DNA from: Alloascoidea hylecoeti
Lineage: Eukaryota
Direction of reading: 5' to 3'
Length of the DNA: 64,000 nt
Assembly: GCA_001600815.1 (NCBI GenBank)
Contig: BCKZ01000009.1
Location: 212,194 to 276,193 of the forward strand
Part shown: positions 24,409 through 35,295 of the stretch, in pieces
Numbering within the stretch: position 1 is the first letter of the stretch
How the letters are laid out: each line of letters opens with the position of its first letter
Translations under genes and position numbers: made by a program
Notes under the pieces: model-generated
Seen by the model: the letters and a program-made list of their open reading frames with translations, nothing else
The model's database searches: none
Told to the model about the DNA's origin: nothing

Positions 24409-24485
24409 CAGTCATTTCACTTAATTTCAGCTATTTGATGCACTAATTTTTTTCATAATATGGACGAAGTTAAGTGAAATGACTG
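24409..24485. repeat. 77-bp foldback inverted repeat, MITE-like (CAGT...ACTG ends)
   Basis: CAGTCATTTCACTTAATTTC (24409-24428) pairs with GAAGTTAAGTGAAATGACTG (24466-24485): 19/20 Watson-Crick plus one G.T. Pairing extends imperfectly inward. Confidence 0.8.
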
Positions 24486-25478
24486 TAATAAGCGCCATAC
24501 TTTATAGTTACTACTGTATTTGGAACACGCATGAAAATCCATATGCATAAACAAAAGTATCATATAATGTTAATAAAATGTGTCATTGTAAAATTTAAAT
24601 AAATTACTCTGATTTTTTGAATGGAGATACATAAAATAATTCAAACTATTAATCAAGATACAGAAATATTAGCATACATCGAGATAATAGCTTAAGAGCA
24701 GCACATATGCATGCATGTATATGACTTTTTTGTTTTTATTTTCCATATAATTTCTGGTTTGAAAAACCATTGAAAGGAAATAGAAGAAAGGAACGTAAAA
24801 TGATCATAAATAGTCTGATACTTAAATTTTCTTGACTTAGGATTATACACTAGATATTATGAGTCGAAAATGAGTAAAACCAAAATTAAAAGCAGAATAT
24901 AGGAGCAATTAGTTCCATACAAGAAAGAGCATAAGATTTTCAATACCGGTAGGAACAATACAGAATAAAATGAAAGACAATTTCTATGTGCAATGCAAAA
25001 TGGAAGCTGAGATAAAACGAATCTTTAATAACAAATACTGGCATATTCTTATATGATTAAATATAAAAGAGAAGAAAAAGAAATGTCTTTACCGTTAATT
25101 GAAACCTATTTAATAGTTTGGCTTAAATAGTTACACTTTTAATATAAATTTATGGGAAAATTTAAAAAAAGTTAGTGATTATCTGCGATGATTACGCTTA
25201 TAGCAAGGCCTTATATGCGTTGATTTGACAATATTATGAGTTTATTTTTTTTCTCTTTAATTCTCTCAGACTAAATGGAGGTATTCGCCACAGTTTGATA
25301 AAATTTGTTACTTTTAGTTGCAAATGGGTATGCTTAAATGGTAAGACTTTTTAGTCATAATTAGTGAACAGCATTTTGCATACACACAAGAGTAATGTAT
25401 TCAAGCAACGGTCAAGGAACGGTATAACTACCCACAAGAAAGTCATTTAGAGTTGGTATATATTGCTGCAATCCAATC

Positions 25479-26630
25479 TTATGTATGTCTCGAATCTCTA
25501 TATCTTTCGTGATCTCTATCACTCTTATACGTCCGTCGAGCGTAACCATTCGATCTGTCTTTATGTCTATACCTTTCTTTATCCTGTTGATGCAAATGTT
25601 TATCCCTATTTTTGTAATCAGGCCTATCAGAATTTCTTCTTCTATCATTGTCATAGCTTGTTTCTCGTTCATTGTACCAATTTGATTGTCTAGATTCATC
25701 AAATTTTCTGCGCTTTAAATGTTTATTATCACTAGTAATAGGTGGAGATAATCTATTTTTGGTTTTAGATAGCTCTTTAAAATCCTCCTCTGTAACTATT
25801 TCCCCTGTTCTAATATTTTTCCTAACGGCCGGTACAGAAACCAAATTTCTTTCGTTATCTTTTCTTTTTCCATCTTTTCCCCGAACGGATTCTAGTCCAG
25901 GAATCACGTCACCAATAGCCTTCGCACCTAATCCCAATAAACTGGGTCTCTTTTCAGTTTTTTTCAGTTTTGTTGTTTTCTCGTCTACTTCCTGCCCCAA
26001 GCCACGAAGAAATGCAGCTCCAAATTCTTCTACAGGAATTTCGCTATAATCCGGAGTGGCATCAGCTCTTGTCAAAGAGTCATACTTGTATGCATCATTT
26101 TCTGTCATTGGATGCTCATAAACCAATTCATCTGGAAATTTAATTATTGGTGCTATAGAAGTGGTGGTTTCGCCATTTGACAGTAATAATGAACGTGCCT
26201 GTTGTTCTGGTGTTTGATTTTGCATTTCATTTGTAGAATGGTTAACTTTAATGCTTTCTTTATTCGTGGATTCATTATCAATCGAAATACGAATATGATT
26301 TAGCCCAAACTTCAATTCCTCATCTGGTACATTTGAGCTTTTCCTGGTGTCAGTTCTTAGTTTCATTATTTGTTGTCGATAGTTCCGGTTTTTATTGGCA
26401 GGAATGATATATTTCTTCTTTTCATCTTTAGAGACTGTTTTTGCGCCTTTATCCCCATAACCCGTTATTTCGACAATATCAGATGTATTTTCCTGGATGG
26501 TTCCAAAGAGGTTATTTGGTGTTTTATTTGTGGAAGCATGTAGTTTTGAGTCTAAGGCTCGATTTTTATGTGAATTTGGTTTGTTTTTTTTATTCGCCGA
26601 GAGTGAAAACTTTAGTTTTGGCAGACTCAT
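25479..26630 (-). CDS. SPP2: Spp2-like G-patch splicing factor (Prp2 cofactor)
   Basis: DYSEIPVEEFGAAFLRGLG...RPSLLGLGAK (Spp2/MOS2 G-patch), R/D-rich tail, near SMP3 as in S. cerevisiae. Confidence 0.82.
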   Translation of the reverse strand: MSLPKLKFSLSANKKNKPNSHKNRALDSKLHASTNKTPNNLFGTIQENTSDIVEITGYGDKGAKTVSKDEKKKYIIPANKNRNYRQQIMKLRTDTRKSSNVPDEELKFGLNHIRISIDNESTNKESIKVNHSTNEMQNQTPEQQARSLLLSNGETTTSIAPIIKFPDELVYEHPMTENDAYKYDSLTRADATPDYSEIPVEEFGAAFLRGLGQEVDEKTTKLKKTEKRPSLLGLGAKAIGDVIPGLESVRGKDGKRKDNERNLVSVPAVRKNIRTGEIVTEEDFKELSKTKNRLSPPITSDNKHLKRRKFDESRQSNWYNERETSYDNDRRRNSDRPDYKNRDKHLHQQDKERYRHKDRSNGYARRTYKSDRDHERYRDSRHT

Positions 26631-26735
26631 ATTATTTCGATTGATTATAAATGTTTTTTGAACACAAATATTGAATTTATTTGGGTGTAAGGATTAATAC
26701 TTTCTGATAATAATTTAGTATTATTTCACAGGGTT

Positions 26736-26742
26736 TTACCCG
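26736..26742. promoter_or_regulatory. Reb1-type site TTACCCG in the SPP2/SHE9 divergent promoter
   Basis: Exact 7-mer in the middle of a 210-bp head-to-head spacer. Confidence 0.6.
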
Positions 26743-26840
26743 GTCTTCCATTGGTATATGATTTGGATTTCCTCGAAATATAAAAAAGACACAAAATAAA
26801 TTTTTGGAACCTTTTTGAAATAGGCCAGTTAGATGAACAT

Positions 26841-28391
26841 ATGCTGTTGCTCACTGGCATTAGAATCCCAAATGCCGTGGGGTGTAGAACTGGCATTAAT
26901 ACATTTCTTTGCCAGAGTTCATATAACAGAATTAGGTGTGGAGCATTACAACCAATTATAAGGTTTCCCAACTGTCTCCGGTTTAATGGAACTTTTAACA
27001 ATCCGAACATAAAAAAACAAAAAGATGACACCAGTAAAACACTAAAAGATGAATTTGCTTCTTATGGGAAGGGGAAAGCCGAAACTAAAGCTGAAAATGA
27101 CCCCAAAAGCGAAAGTAACGATGTAAAGAACGATATTAAATCTACCAATTCCTCGGATAATAAATCAACAACCTCCAATAAATCCAAATCATTCGATATA
27201 GATTTTGACATTAAAAACCTTCCATCAGCTATAGAAGCCCGCAAGGCGGTATTTCGAAAAAAAATTGAAACTACCATGGATAAACTGCAAGCCACATTAT
27301 TCATGGCAGGCAAAACACTGAACGACGTTACAGGATATTCTTCAATTGAAAAGTTGAAGAATTCTATAGATCTTCAGGAACAAAGGTTAAAGGATATTAG
27401 ACAACAGGTAAGAGATGCAAAAGAGAGTTATACAAATGCAATTGCTACTCGTGCTAACTCACAACGGGAAGTCAATGAACTTCTACAACGGAAACATAAT
27501 TGGAGCCCTGAAGATTTAGAAAGATTCACAACGTTATATAGAAATGATCATGGAAATGAGCTTGCCGAATCACAGGCAGAACAGAGACTAAATGATATTG
27601 AGCATCAAGAAGATGATGCTCAAACATTATTAACAAGAAATATTCTAGCAAGATATCATGAAGAACAAATCTGGAGTGATAAAATTAGACGAGCTTCCAC
27701 TTGGGGTACTTGGACTCTTATGGCGATCAACATCATGCTGTTTATTATTGTACAATTGGGTCTAGAGCCTTGGAAACGTAGACGCTTAGTTGGATCATTC
27801 GAAGATAAAGTTCACAACGCTTTAGACAAAGAACGACAATCATTGCCCGAAATGTTAGATATCTTAAAACGGTTAGAGGAGAAGCAAACAATTTTGCAAG
27901 AAAGCAGTTTTTTGAAGGCTGGTAATCTTGTAGAATCCGAGGAATTGGAACCGGAATCAACAGATTCAACACTAGAATCAGAATCCGTACAGGTAGTTGA
28001 GCCAATTGAACCTGCTGAAAAAACTATTTCAGACGACGCAATTTCGATGGTCGAAGAAACCATTAATGCTAACCTCTCTTCAACAAATTCTAATGATATA
28101 GAAACTAAAATTACTCCGACTGATATCAATACAGATATTAAGATGCAAATACAAAGTAATGATAGCCCAGCAGAAAGCAAAAGCCGATTAGGTATCCGAT
28201 CAGCTTTCATAAAGGCTTGGAATAATAAGACACAATGGAGAAAAGAACTAACTGAACTTAAAGAAGATGTTACGGAAATAGTAAATGCTGATGTTTATGA
28301 GATTGAACCCACCGATCTTGTTATATTTACTGGTGGAAGTTTGATTCTGGGGGTCGCATTGGGCTCTATGATTATGTCGTTAGCCAGATAG
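26841..28391 (+). CDS. SHE9: mitochondrial inner membrane protein She9/Mdm33
   Basis: LNDVTGYSSIEKLK, SQREVNELLQRKHNWSPEDLERFT, RYHEEQIWSDKIRRASTWGTW, EPWKRRRL, C-terminal TM segment. Confidence 0.95.
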   Translation: MLLLTGIRIPNAVGCRTGINTFLCQSSYNRIRCGALQPIIRFPNCLRFNGTFNNPNIKKQKDDTSKTLKDEFASYGKGKAETKAENDPKSESNDVKNDIKSTNSSDNKSTTSNKSKSFDIDFDIKNLPSAIEARKAVFRKKIETTMDKLQATLFMAGKTLNDVTGYSSIEKLKNSIDLQEQRLKDIRQQVRDAKESYTNAIATRANSQREVNELLQRKHNWSPEDLERFTTLYRNDHGNELAESQAEQRLNDIEHQEDDAQTLLTRNILARYHEEQIWSDKIRRASTWGTWTLMAINIMLFIIVQLGLEPWKRRRLVGSFEDKVHNALDKERQSLPEMLDILKRLEEKQTILQESSFLKAGNLVESEELEPESTDSTLESESVQVVEPIEPAEKTISDDAISMVEETINANLSSTNSNDIETKITPTDINTDIKMQIQSNDSPAESKSRLGIRSAFIKAWNNKTQWRKELTELKEDVTEIVNADVYEIEPTDLVIFTGGSLILGVALGSMIMSLAR

Positions 28392-28688
28392 TACTCTGAT
28401 AGAATAATTGGTTCTTTAAAAATTAAACGCTAGTGCTTTTCTGCATTAATAGATATTCATTTGATCATTATCATAAACACATGCATGTATATTTATATAT
28501 ATAGGATTAGTTTCATGAAATACATTTGCAATTTTTAAAATATAATATTAACTGAAAAATAATTGTAGGGTTATAAAGAGGAACTAAACTGGAGGTCCAT
28601 TTCTCCCGACAATAATAAGTTAAAAACTACCTTCATAATTTCATCCCCAGTAGCACGTTAGGTATCCGTTTCCTAGCAAAATACTGAC

Positions 28689-30263
28689 TTATAGAAGCTC
28701 GTAAATACACAATCCTGGAACTAAAGTGTTAAAATTTTGGAAATCCAAGTGGTCAAAGTCATAATGAGTAGAAAAACATTTAACAGGTTGTAAGCCCCAA
28801 TTAATGTTATCGGTTTTCACAATTTCTTGCTTGTTTCCAATGAGATGTTCTTTCAATTCGGTTCCAACAGATCCAACAGGGGCTATAAAATACAAGTTTT
28901 GATCAGTATTATTATAATTGGATTTCAGTTCCAATAAAAAATTCTTGACATTTAAAATGTTTGCTCCCATTAAGTCTAAAACTGTGTATTCTGTGTTACT
29001 TATAGTGATATCAGTGTTTGTTGCATTATCATCGAGTGGCTGAATATATCTGACAGAACCTCTAGGTTTTCCAAGAGCCCAAACAGGTGGCATGTAACTT
29101 CTCCACCATATCATCACATCTCCATTTATAGTTAAACTGTGTAGTTTGAATACGGCAGGAATAATTCCGCCTTGATGTAAAACCCCCATTACAAGTGTAA
29201 AAATAAAGCTAAAAGCAAAGAACAACACAATTAGCACATTATAGAAGAATGGGGATATGTTTGGTGAATTGTAGCATAATGAAGCCAATGGTACTAAAGG
29301 TACCAAGAAACGTAATTCTTGATGTTTTGCCAATGATAGAATACCCAATCCAGAAACAAAGGAGAGGAATGGAATAGATTTAATATGTTTCGCATTGAAT
29401 AAAAATATTATTCCAGGACCAAGGATTTGGGGTAAATTAACTAATAAGTGGGTATATCTGGGGTGTAGACCATGCTGTGCTAAATTTGAAGTCTGTAAAT
29501 TATACAGGAGATTATTCAAAGGTGTTATAACAAATCCAGCGGTCGTATCAGCGTTTGGGAAGGCAATTGTGTCTATATACACACCAATTAATGATGTTAA
29601 AACAACCGAAAATAAGCAGACCGGTAAGGATAGAGGATAATTATAAAAGTGTTTTAGAAGATGAATAGATGGAAGCACTAAAAACGCAGGAAATGTCACT
29701 CTGTTGAAAATCCCAAAGGCAACTATGGCACCCGTAAGCACACAATTAATATACTGAGCATTGAATCTATCATGAGAAAGCTTGGTGATTAGGACTAGAG
29801 TCCATAGTAACAAGACAGTCTCTGTGGAATTTGAAAAGGTATGAGTTTGGTATGTCCATGTAACATGGGACAATAAGATGAATTTGAAAGAATTTCTATA
29901 GTGAGATTGAGAACATAATCTTTTGAGAGCACCGTTTATTAGGACTAGTGAGCCAAAAAGATAACTCAGCCTAACAACCCAATATACAACAACAGGTGAA
30001 TCGGTGAAACCAGCTATTCTGATAATCAGTGCAGCTGGAAAAAGTGGTAAATAGCTTCGAGCAGGATTAGGTCCACTCCACTCCCACTGTTTGTGTGTTG
30101 CCCAATTAAGGGTGTGTCCTGCGATCGCTTCAAACAGTTGAAAATGCTCATCTGGATGTAAATAAGATGGGAACAGGCCAAGTATAGCAATGATGCATAT
30201 AAATAACTTTGACTGACTAAAAATGTTCATTTTGTGATGAGTGTTGCTGCCTCCGATCACCAT
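28689..30263 (-). CDS. SMP3: GPI alpha-1,2-mannosyltransferase 4 (Smp3/PIG-Z, GT22)
   Basis: PSYLHPDEHFQ, YQTHTFSNSTET, NLAQHGLHPRYTHLLVNLPQ, HQELRFLVP, HQGGIIP. The start may instead be the Met at 30230. Confidence 0.93.
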   Translation of the reverse strand: MVIGGSNTHHKMNIFSQSKLFICIIAILGLFPSYLHPDEHFQLFEAIAGHTLNWATHKQWEWSGPNPARSYLPLFPAALIIRIAGFTDSPVVVYWVVRLSYLFGSLVLINGALKRLCSQSHYRNSFKFILLSHVTWTYQTHTFSNSTETVLLLWTLVLITKLSHDRFNAQYINCVLTGAIVAFGIFNRVTFPAFLVLPSIHLLKHFYNYPLSLPVCLFSVVLTSLIGVYIDTIAFPNADTTAGFVITPLNNLLYNLQTSNLAQHGLHPRYTHLLVNLPQILGPGIIFLFNAKHIKSIPFLSFVSGLGILSLAKHQELRFLVPLVPLASLCYNSPNISPFFYNVLIVLFFAFSFIFTLVMGVLHQGGIIPAVFKLHSLTINGDVMIWWRSYMPPVWALGKPRGSVRYIQPLDDNATNTDITISNTEYTVLDLMGANILNVKNFLLELKSNYNNTDQNLYFIAPVGSVGTELKEHLIGNKQEIVKTDNINWGLQPVKCFSTHYDFDHLDFQNFNTLVPGLCIYELL

Positions 30264-30406
30264 AACATAAATATATAATTATTGCGAGATAAGTTATCAT
30301 TATCTATTCTGCCAGAGATTGTAACTGGCAATAATTTTAATGTACACGTGTATAGATTATATAAATGTCAAATAAAACAAACAAACAAATAAGAAAAGCA
30401 AACAAA

Positions 30407-30438
30407 CTGGCTGACTGACTGGCTGACTGACTGGCTGA
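30407..30438. repeat. short tandem repeat (CTGGCTGACTGA) x2.7
   Basis: ctggctgactgactggctgactgactggctga between NCB2 and SMP3. Confidence 0.8.
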
Positions 30439-30493
30439 CGGAAAAATTGAATTACCCATCATATATTATAGCTTATAAAATCAGGCAAAAGGT

Positions 30494-31020
30494 TCAGTCT
30501 TTTGATTCATTAGAGGAGTCGTTATCAGCACCAGAACTACCGTGAAGTCTGGATTTGGATAGGCGAAATAATTCCTGCTGTTTTTGTAATAACTCTTCCT
30601 GACTAAGACCTGAATTTTGAAATTTATTATTTTTCTTTTCCCGTCCCTTCTGTATGGACCTATGTTGCTCGAGAGTTTCCCTAATTGGATCAAGGTATTC
30701 CTCAAAACCAAGTTCTTCCAATGCCTTAATAACGTGTTCTGAAGCAATAGTCTTTTTCGATTCTCGTTCTGCAATATCGTTTGATTCTGTTGATACCATC
30801 ATAATGAACTGAACACAACATTCTATTAGACCCTCCCTAGCTTCTTTTGAAAAGACAATATCTGGTGGCAGTATTTCCTGCATCATTTTTTGAACCGTAG
30901 CTAAAAGAAATGTTAGTGTTTCATAACAGATAAATAGTAGGTGATTGTGATTGTGGTCAACTAACCCTTTGGAAGTGAGAGGTCTTCAGCAGAGGCCGCA
31001 GATGTTCCGTACTCAGACAT
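30494..31020 (-). CDS. NCB2: NC2 beta subunit (Dr1, histone fold); exons 31020..30966 and 30900..30494
   Basis: Spliced product MSEYGTSAASAEDLSLPK|ATVQKMMQEILPP..ECCVQFI..KKTIASEHVIKALEELGF. Intron 30901..30965 (GTTAGT..CACTAAC..TAG). Confidence 0.95.
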
Positions 31021-31228
31021 GTATGAAAAGAAAAAATATTGATGAAATAAAAACAAAAAAAACGTAAGACGTGAATTTTCAAAAACAACTAGTTCGCTGC
31101 TTTGGTATTATAAATATGAAGAGTAGGTACTAAAAGAGAAGAGTTGTTCTATGTGTCTTTTTGTGTTTATTCTACAATTTTTTAATCAAAAACGGCTTCT
31201 TATATAAAACTATGTTGACATTAAAGTG

Positions 31229-31235
31229 CGGGTAA
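31229..31235. promoter_or_regulatory. Reb1-type site CGGGTAA in the NCB2/UTP5 divergent promoter
   Basis: Exact motif, followed by T-tracts. A PAC-like CTCATCG lies at 31429. Confidence 0.6.
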
Positions 31236-31458
31236 CCTCACACTGCAGCTTAATTTTTTTTCTTAAAAAATGATTTTTTTTTTCATTGAAGCTTATTGAA
31301 ATTGTTGTTGAGACATTCAGTGGGAAATAACATAACTACTTTTATTATAGACTTTATTCAGCTAAAGTAATAAAAGTAAAAGACTTTTGCTTTATATTAT
31401 TCACTAAAACAATAGACGTTTGCACACTCTCATCGTTAGCATAATATCAATAAATTGC

Positions 31459-33612
31459 ATGTCATCGTCAATTCTTCTTTACTCTTGTTTCGATCCAACC
31501 TCGACTATCTTTGCTTCTGTAGTTGCTGCTCTTGATCTTCATAGAGTGAGGATTCAATCTCTCAATTCAGCTTCATCAAATGAATTATCCATAGCTTTCT
31601 CACTGGACAAAGGATTAAAGGTGAAAAGTTTAGGATGGTGTTATGCATCAGTTGATGAAAAGTCACATAAAAAGAAAAAGAAGCTTTATAATGATATCCC
31701 AAAAAATTTTGAAAATTTAGTTCTAGTTATTGGATTAAATAAAGGTGGTGCTATTTTATTTTCTCCGGTTCAAGGTAAAACAATTGCGAAACTTGAAATT
31801 ACTACATCATCTTCAATTATAAATTTTCACTACTCAGATTTAACTAAAAGTGGGTGGACTTGTGATAGCAATGGTCAAGTCTTGGAATGGGATTTTAACA
31901 AATTTTCAATAAAAAGAACAATAAGTTTGGAAGATGGAAATAATGAGGATATTCAATTTATTCAAACAGCTAAAGTTAATGGGAAAATACTTTTATTTCT
32001 AGTATCGCATACAATTTATCTCATTAATCCTTTAGAACCTGATAAAATTCTGGCTAAAATTCCCGGGCATATAGCGCCAATTCATACGTTACTCATATCA
32101 TCTCAAGATCCAGATTTATTTTTAACATCCGCGATTAATGATAGATTTATAAACGTATACTCGATATCAAAGCAGAAATCAGTTGCTATTCTATCTGCCC
32201 CTTCTAGCATTTTGTCCATCAGTTTAGGTGGTAGTAAAGGTGAATCTGTGATTTCTGCTGTAACTGAAGATGGTACAGCAGAATTGTTCTTTGACCCATT
32301 TGATATTGAACCACAAGCTTCTGGGGGTTCACGAAAAAGAAGAGGTCAGGTTCAATCACGAGCATCACAAGCTCAAATAAAAATTATTAGGCCAATAATT
32401 AATCCAACTCCAAAATCACAACCAGAAGTTGTTCCGATCGTCAAGACCAATATAGATGGTGAATTTATAATTGTTGGGTGGATAGAAAATGCAAATGTTC
32501 CATTATTTGATAAAGTAAAATATCAAGTTGATTCACAAAATATTTCTGGTATAACGTCACTTGAAAAGGAGAGGGTCATCATATCAAAAGGCCTAGAAAA
32601 AAATACATCTGGTTATGATCCAGCTGCTGCTAGGCAGTATCGTGATAATAATGCGGTTGTAACCAGTGGAGACAATCTACAGGATCTTGGAATATTAGGT
32701 GAGGATGACGAAGAAAAATATTCCGATGAAGAAGAGCTTGAAGAGCTTGAACCGACATTAGGCGAAAGAGTGGAAGAATTAACGCTCGGTGAATCGAAAC
32801 AATACAAGTCAAAGAACACAAAGAAAAAGAATTTGAAAATTTCTGCTGGAACCTTAACTACGGTTCTTAGTGAAGCATTAAGGGCCAATGATCACGCCTT
32901 CTTAGAAACATGTTTGCACCACGGTAACGAGGATGATGTTAAAAAGACAGTTGAACAATTGGATTCAATTCTTGCTGTAAGTCTACTGAATAGGTTGGCC
33001 GAAAAAGCTGCCAGATCTCCAAACAGAGTATCACATTTATATATTTGGATTAAATGTACTATGGTGTCGCATGGCGGCTATTTGGTTACCGTTCCAGATC
33101 TTGCAAGGTCGTTAACCTCCCTTTACTCGACTATGCAACGACGATCTGTCACATTACCGAGACTATTGAAGCTACAAGGTAAATTAGGAATGCTTCACTC
33201 CCAGATTGAATTACGAAGAGAAATAATGAGCAGTTATCAACGGATCGGAGAAGAGACCGATGACGAATCGGATGTTGAATATTTTGAGGAGCTTGATGGT
33301 GAATCTGATTATAACCTCAGTACTAGTGAAGAAGAGGAAGAATCCGACTCTGACTTTGACTCTGACTCTGAAGATGGATTTATAAGTTTTGAAGAAGATC
33401 GGGATGGCGATATTGAGATGAATGGAGATAGTGGCCATAATGTTAGTAGCCTTGTGGATATCGAAGCGGAGGAGGAAGGATACAGTGATTTGGACGTCAA
33501 CGGAGGCAATAAAGACCTCGAGGATGAGCTTCCAGGTTCGGAAGAGGAATCGAGTGACGAAAAACTTGAAGAGCTGCGACGAAGGATCAAAGATAAAAAG
33601 ACGAAAAGATAA
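31459..33612 (+). CDS. UTP5: SSU processome t-UTP subunit Utp5/WDR43
   Basis: WD40-like N-terminal half (SAINDRFINVY), Utp12 domain GTLTTVLSEALRANDHAFLETCL..LLKLQGKL, acidic tail. First ATG is 31459; the ORF-track start is a TTG. Confidence 0.92.
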   Translation: MSSSILLYSCFDPTSTIFASVVAALDLHRVRIQSLNSASSNELSIAFSLDKGLKVKSLGWCYASVDEKSHKKKKKLYNDIPKNFENLVLVIGLNKGGAILFSPVQGKTIAKLEITTSSSIINFHYSDLTKSGWTCDSNGQVLEWDFNKFSIKRTISLEDGNNEDIQFIQTAKVNGKILLFLVSHTIYLINPLEPDKILAKIPGHIAPIHTLLISSQDPDLFLTSAINDRFINVYSISKQKSVAILSAPSSILSISLGGSKGESVISAVTEDGTAELFFDPFDIEPQASGGSRKRRGQVQSRASQAQIKIIRPIINPTPKSQPEVVPIVKTNIDGEFIIVGWIENANVPLFDKVKYQVDSQNISGITSLEKERVIISKGLEKNTSGYDPAAARQYRDNNAVVTSGDNLQDLGILGEDDEEKYSDEEELEELEPTLGERVEELTLGESKQYKSKNTKKKNLKISAGTLTTVLSEALRANDHAFLETCLHHGNEDDVKKTVEQLDSILAVSLLNRLAEKAARSPNRVSHLYIWIKCTMVSHGGYLVTVPDLARSLTSLYSTMQRRSVTLPRLLKLQGKLGMLHSQIELRREIMSSYQRIGEETDDESDVEYFEELDGESDYNLSTSEEEEESDSDFDSDSEDGFISFEEDRDGDIEMNGDSGHNVSSLVDIEAEEEGYSDLDVNGGNKDLEDELPGSEEESSDEKLEELRRRIKDKKTKR

Positions 33613-33970
33613 AGAAATTAGAAATTGAATGTGTCACGTGTGATTTATTACAACAAAATATAGAATACGCTTATAATTATAACTTCACTTCCTTTTCAAA
33701 GCAATACAATGTATTCATACTCAAGCCATAGGCCATTAGTTGTATGGAGATCTTAAAACTGTTTCTACGGAAGAAGAAGCACTGTACATGGAATATAAAA
33801 ATTGTATCATTACAGTTGATCCCACCAATAAGTAGTTATTATGTAATTAGTACAACATGTTTATGTAATATGAGTATTTATTTTCGAACCTTACAGTTTG
33901 ACATCTTATCTTCCCAAGTTTAAGGCTTATTAATTATTGATAATTTCCTTCAATCTTATACATATTCATC

Positions 33971-34954
33971 ATGAAGCTCCTACAGCCACTTTTAGCACTT
34001 GCTTTATTTAATTCGGCCTTTGCCAAAAACATTCTCATGTCCAATGATGATGGTTGGGCCTCTACCAATATACGTGCTGCATACGAAGCTTTGACTGAGG
34101 CTGGCCACACCGTTATCATATCCGCCCCTGTAAACCAAAGATCGGGTTTTGGTGGAACCTTCCATATGCCCCGTGCAAATACCATGTTATCAGATGGTGA
34201 ATTTGGTTACGTGAAGAAAGGCGATCCAGCTTGGGGCCATGAAAAGGATAACACGAATATTTGGTACTTTGATGGAACTCCTTCCTCATCCATCGTCTTT
34301 GGTTTAGATTATGTTATACCACGCTACTTTGATAACATTCCTATTGATTTGGTTGTAAATGGTCCAAACGAGGGTACCAATATTGGACCTTATCTATACA
34401 CTTTGTCTGGTACTATGGGTGCAACTTACACAGCAGTTGAGAGAAACATTCCTGCTATAGCAGTCTCTGGCTCCAACTCCAACAACAGTTTCTTCGAGGA
34501 CGATTTTCCTTTGTCTGATACTCACCCTGCTACTATCAACGCAAAGAAGGTTGTTCAATTGGTAGATTACTTATTCGAGAAGGCGGGTGACGATAGAGTG
34601 TTACCATTGGGAATTGGTTTAAACGTGAATATCCCACAGGTAGGTGACCTCTCTCGCACTGGTCTTATCGACCCTCAATTTCAATTAGGTAGATTAACTG
34701 GCGAAGGGGCTGTTATTCCCCGCATCGTATTTGATGAAGAAAGCGGGAATCTTAGGTCACGATGGAACAAGGACACTAAAACAACAAGGTTATGTTCTAG
34801 TGGAAATTGTGAACTTCCAAGTGAGCAGCAAATTGTTGATGCAGATAAAATTTCTATCACAGTCTTTTCAACTGACTATGATGCTCGATCATCGTCATCA
34901 AATTCTGATGAAGTATCTCAAGTTCATTCCACCATTTCGCAAATCCATGAGTAA
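33971..34954 (+). CDS. secreted SurE-family acid phosphatase/5'-nucleotidase, copy 1
   Basis: Signal peptide MKLLQPLLALALFNSAFA; NILMSNDDG, SAPVNQRSG, DGTP, VNGPNEG, SGTMGA, GLNVNIP. Confidence 0.9.
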   Translation: MKLLQPLLALALFNSAFAKNILMSNDDGWASTNIRAAYEALTEAGHTVIISAPVNQRSGFGGTFHMPRANTMLSDGEFGYVKKGDPAWGHEKDNTNIWYFDGTPSSSIVFGLDYVIPRYFDNIPIDLVVNGPNEGTNIGPYLYTLSGTMGATYTAVERNIPAIAVSGSNSNNSFFEDDFPLSDTHPATINAKKVVQLVDYLFEKAGDDRVLPLGIGLNVNIPQVGDLSRTGLIDPQFQLGRLTGEGAVIPRIVFDEESGNLRSRWNKDTKTTRLCSSGNCELPSEQQIVDADKISITVFSTDYDARSSSSNSDEVSQVHSTISQIHE

Positions 34955-35295
34955 TCAAATTTGAAATCAATACATATAATCATTAGACGAAAAAAAAGCA
35001 CTTTAATCTTTTAAATTTATTTTATTTTTATGGTAGTAATATTTTTCTGTAAAATGAAACGGGTATTTAACTTGCAATCGTAAAGGTTAGCTAAGTTTCT
35101 GTTTACTCACAATATGTTAAGTTTCAGCCAGATCTAGAATGTAAATGATGATACGATTCTAACGAATTATATTTAAGCGTGCATGTAATTATATAATATT
35201 AAGTTATCGTATCTATCACATATTACTAGCCACCACGACCTTTTTGTTGTTCTCATATAAAATTGCTATCAATATTGCATCTTTAAACTTTTCCA

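Noticed and set aside
28560..28690. H/ACA-like double hairpin between SHE9 and SMP3
   Set aside because: It starts immediately at the SMP3 stop codon and the second hairpin is weak; more likely ordinary terminator sequence.
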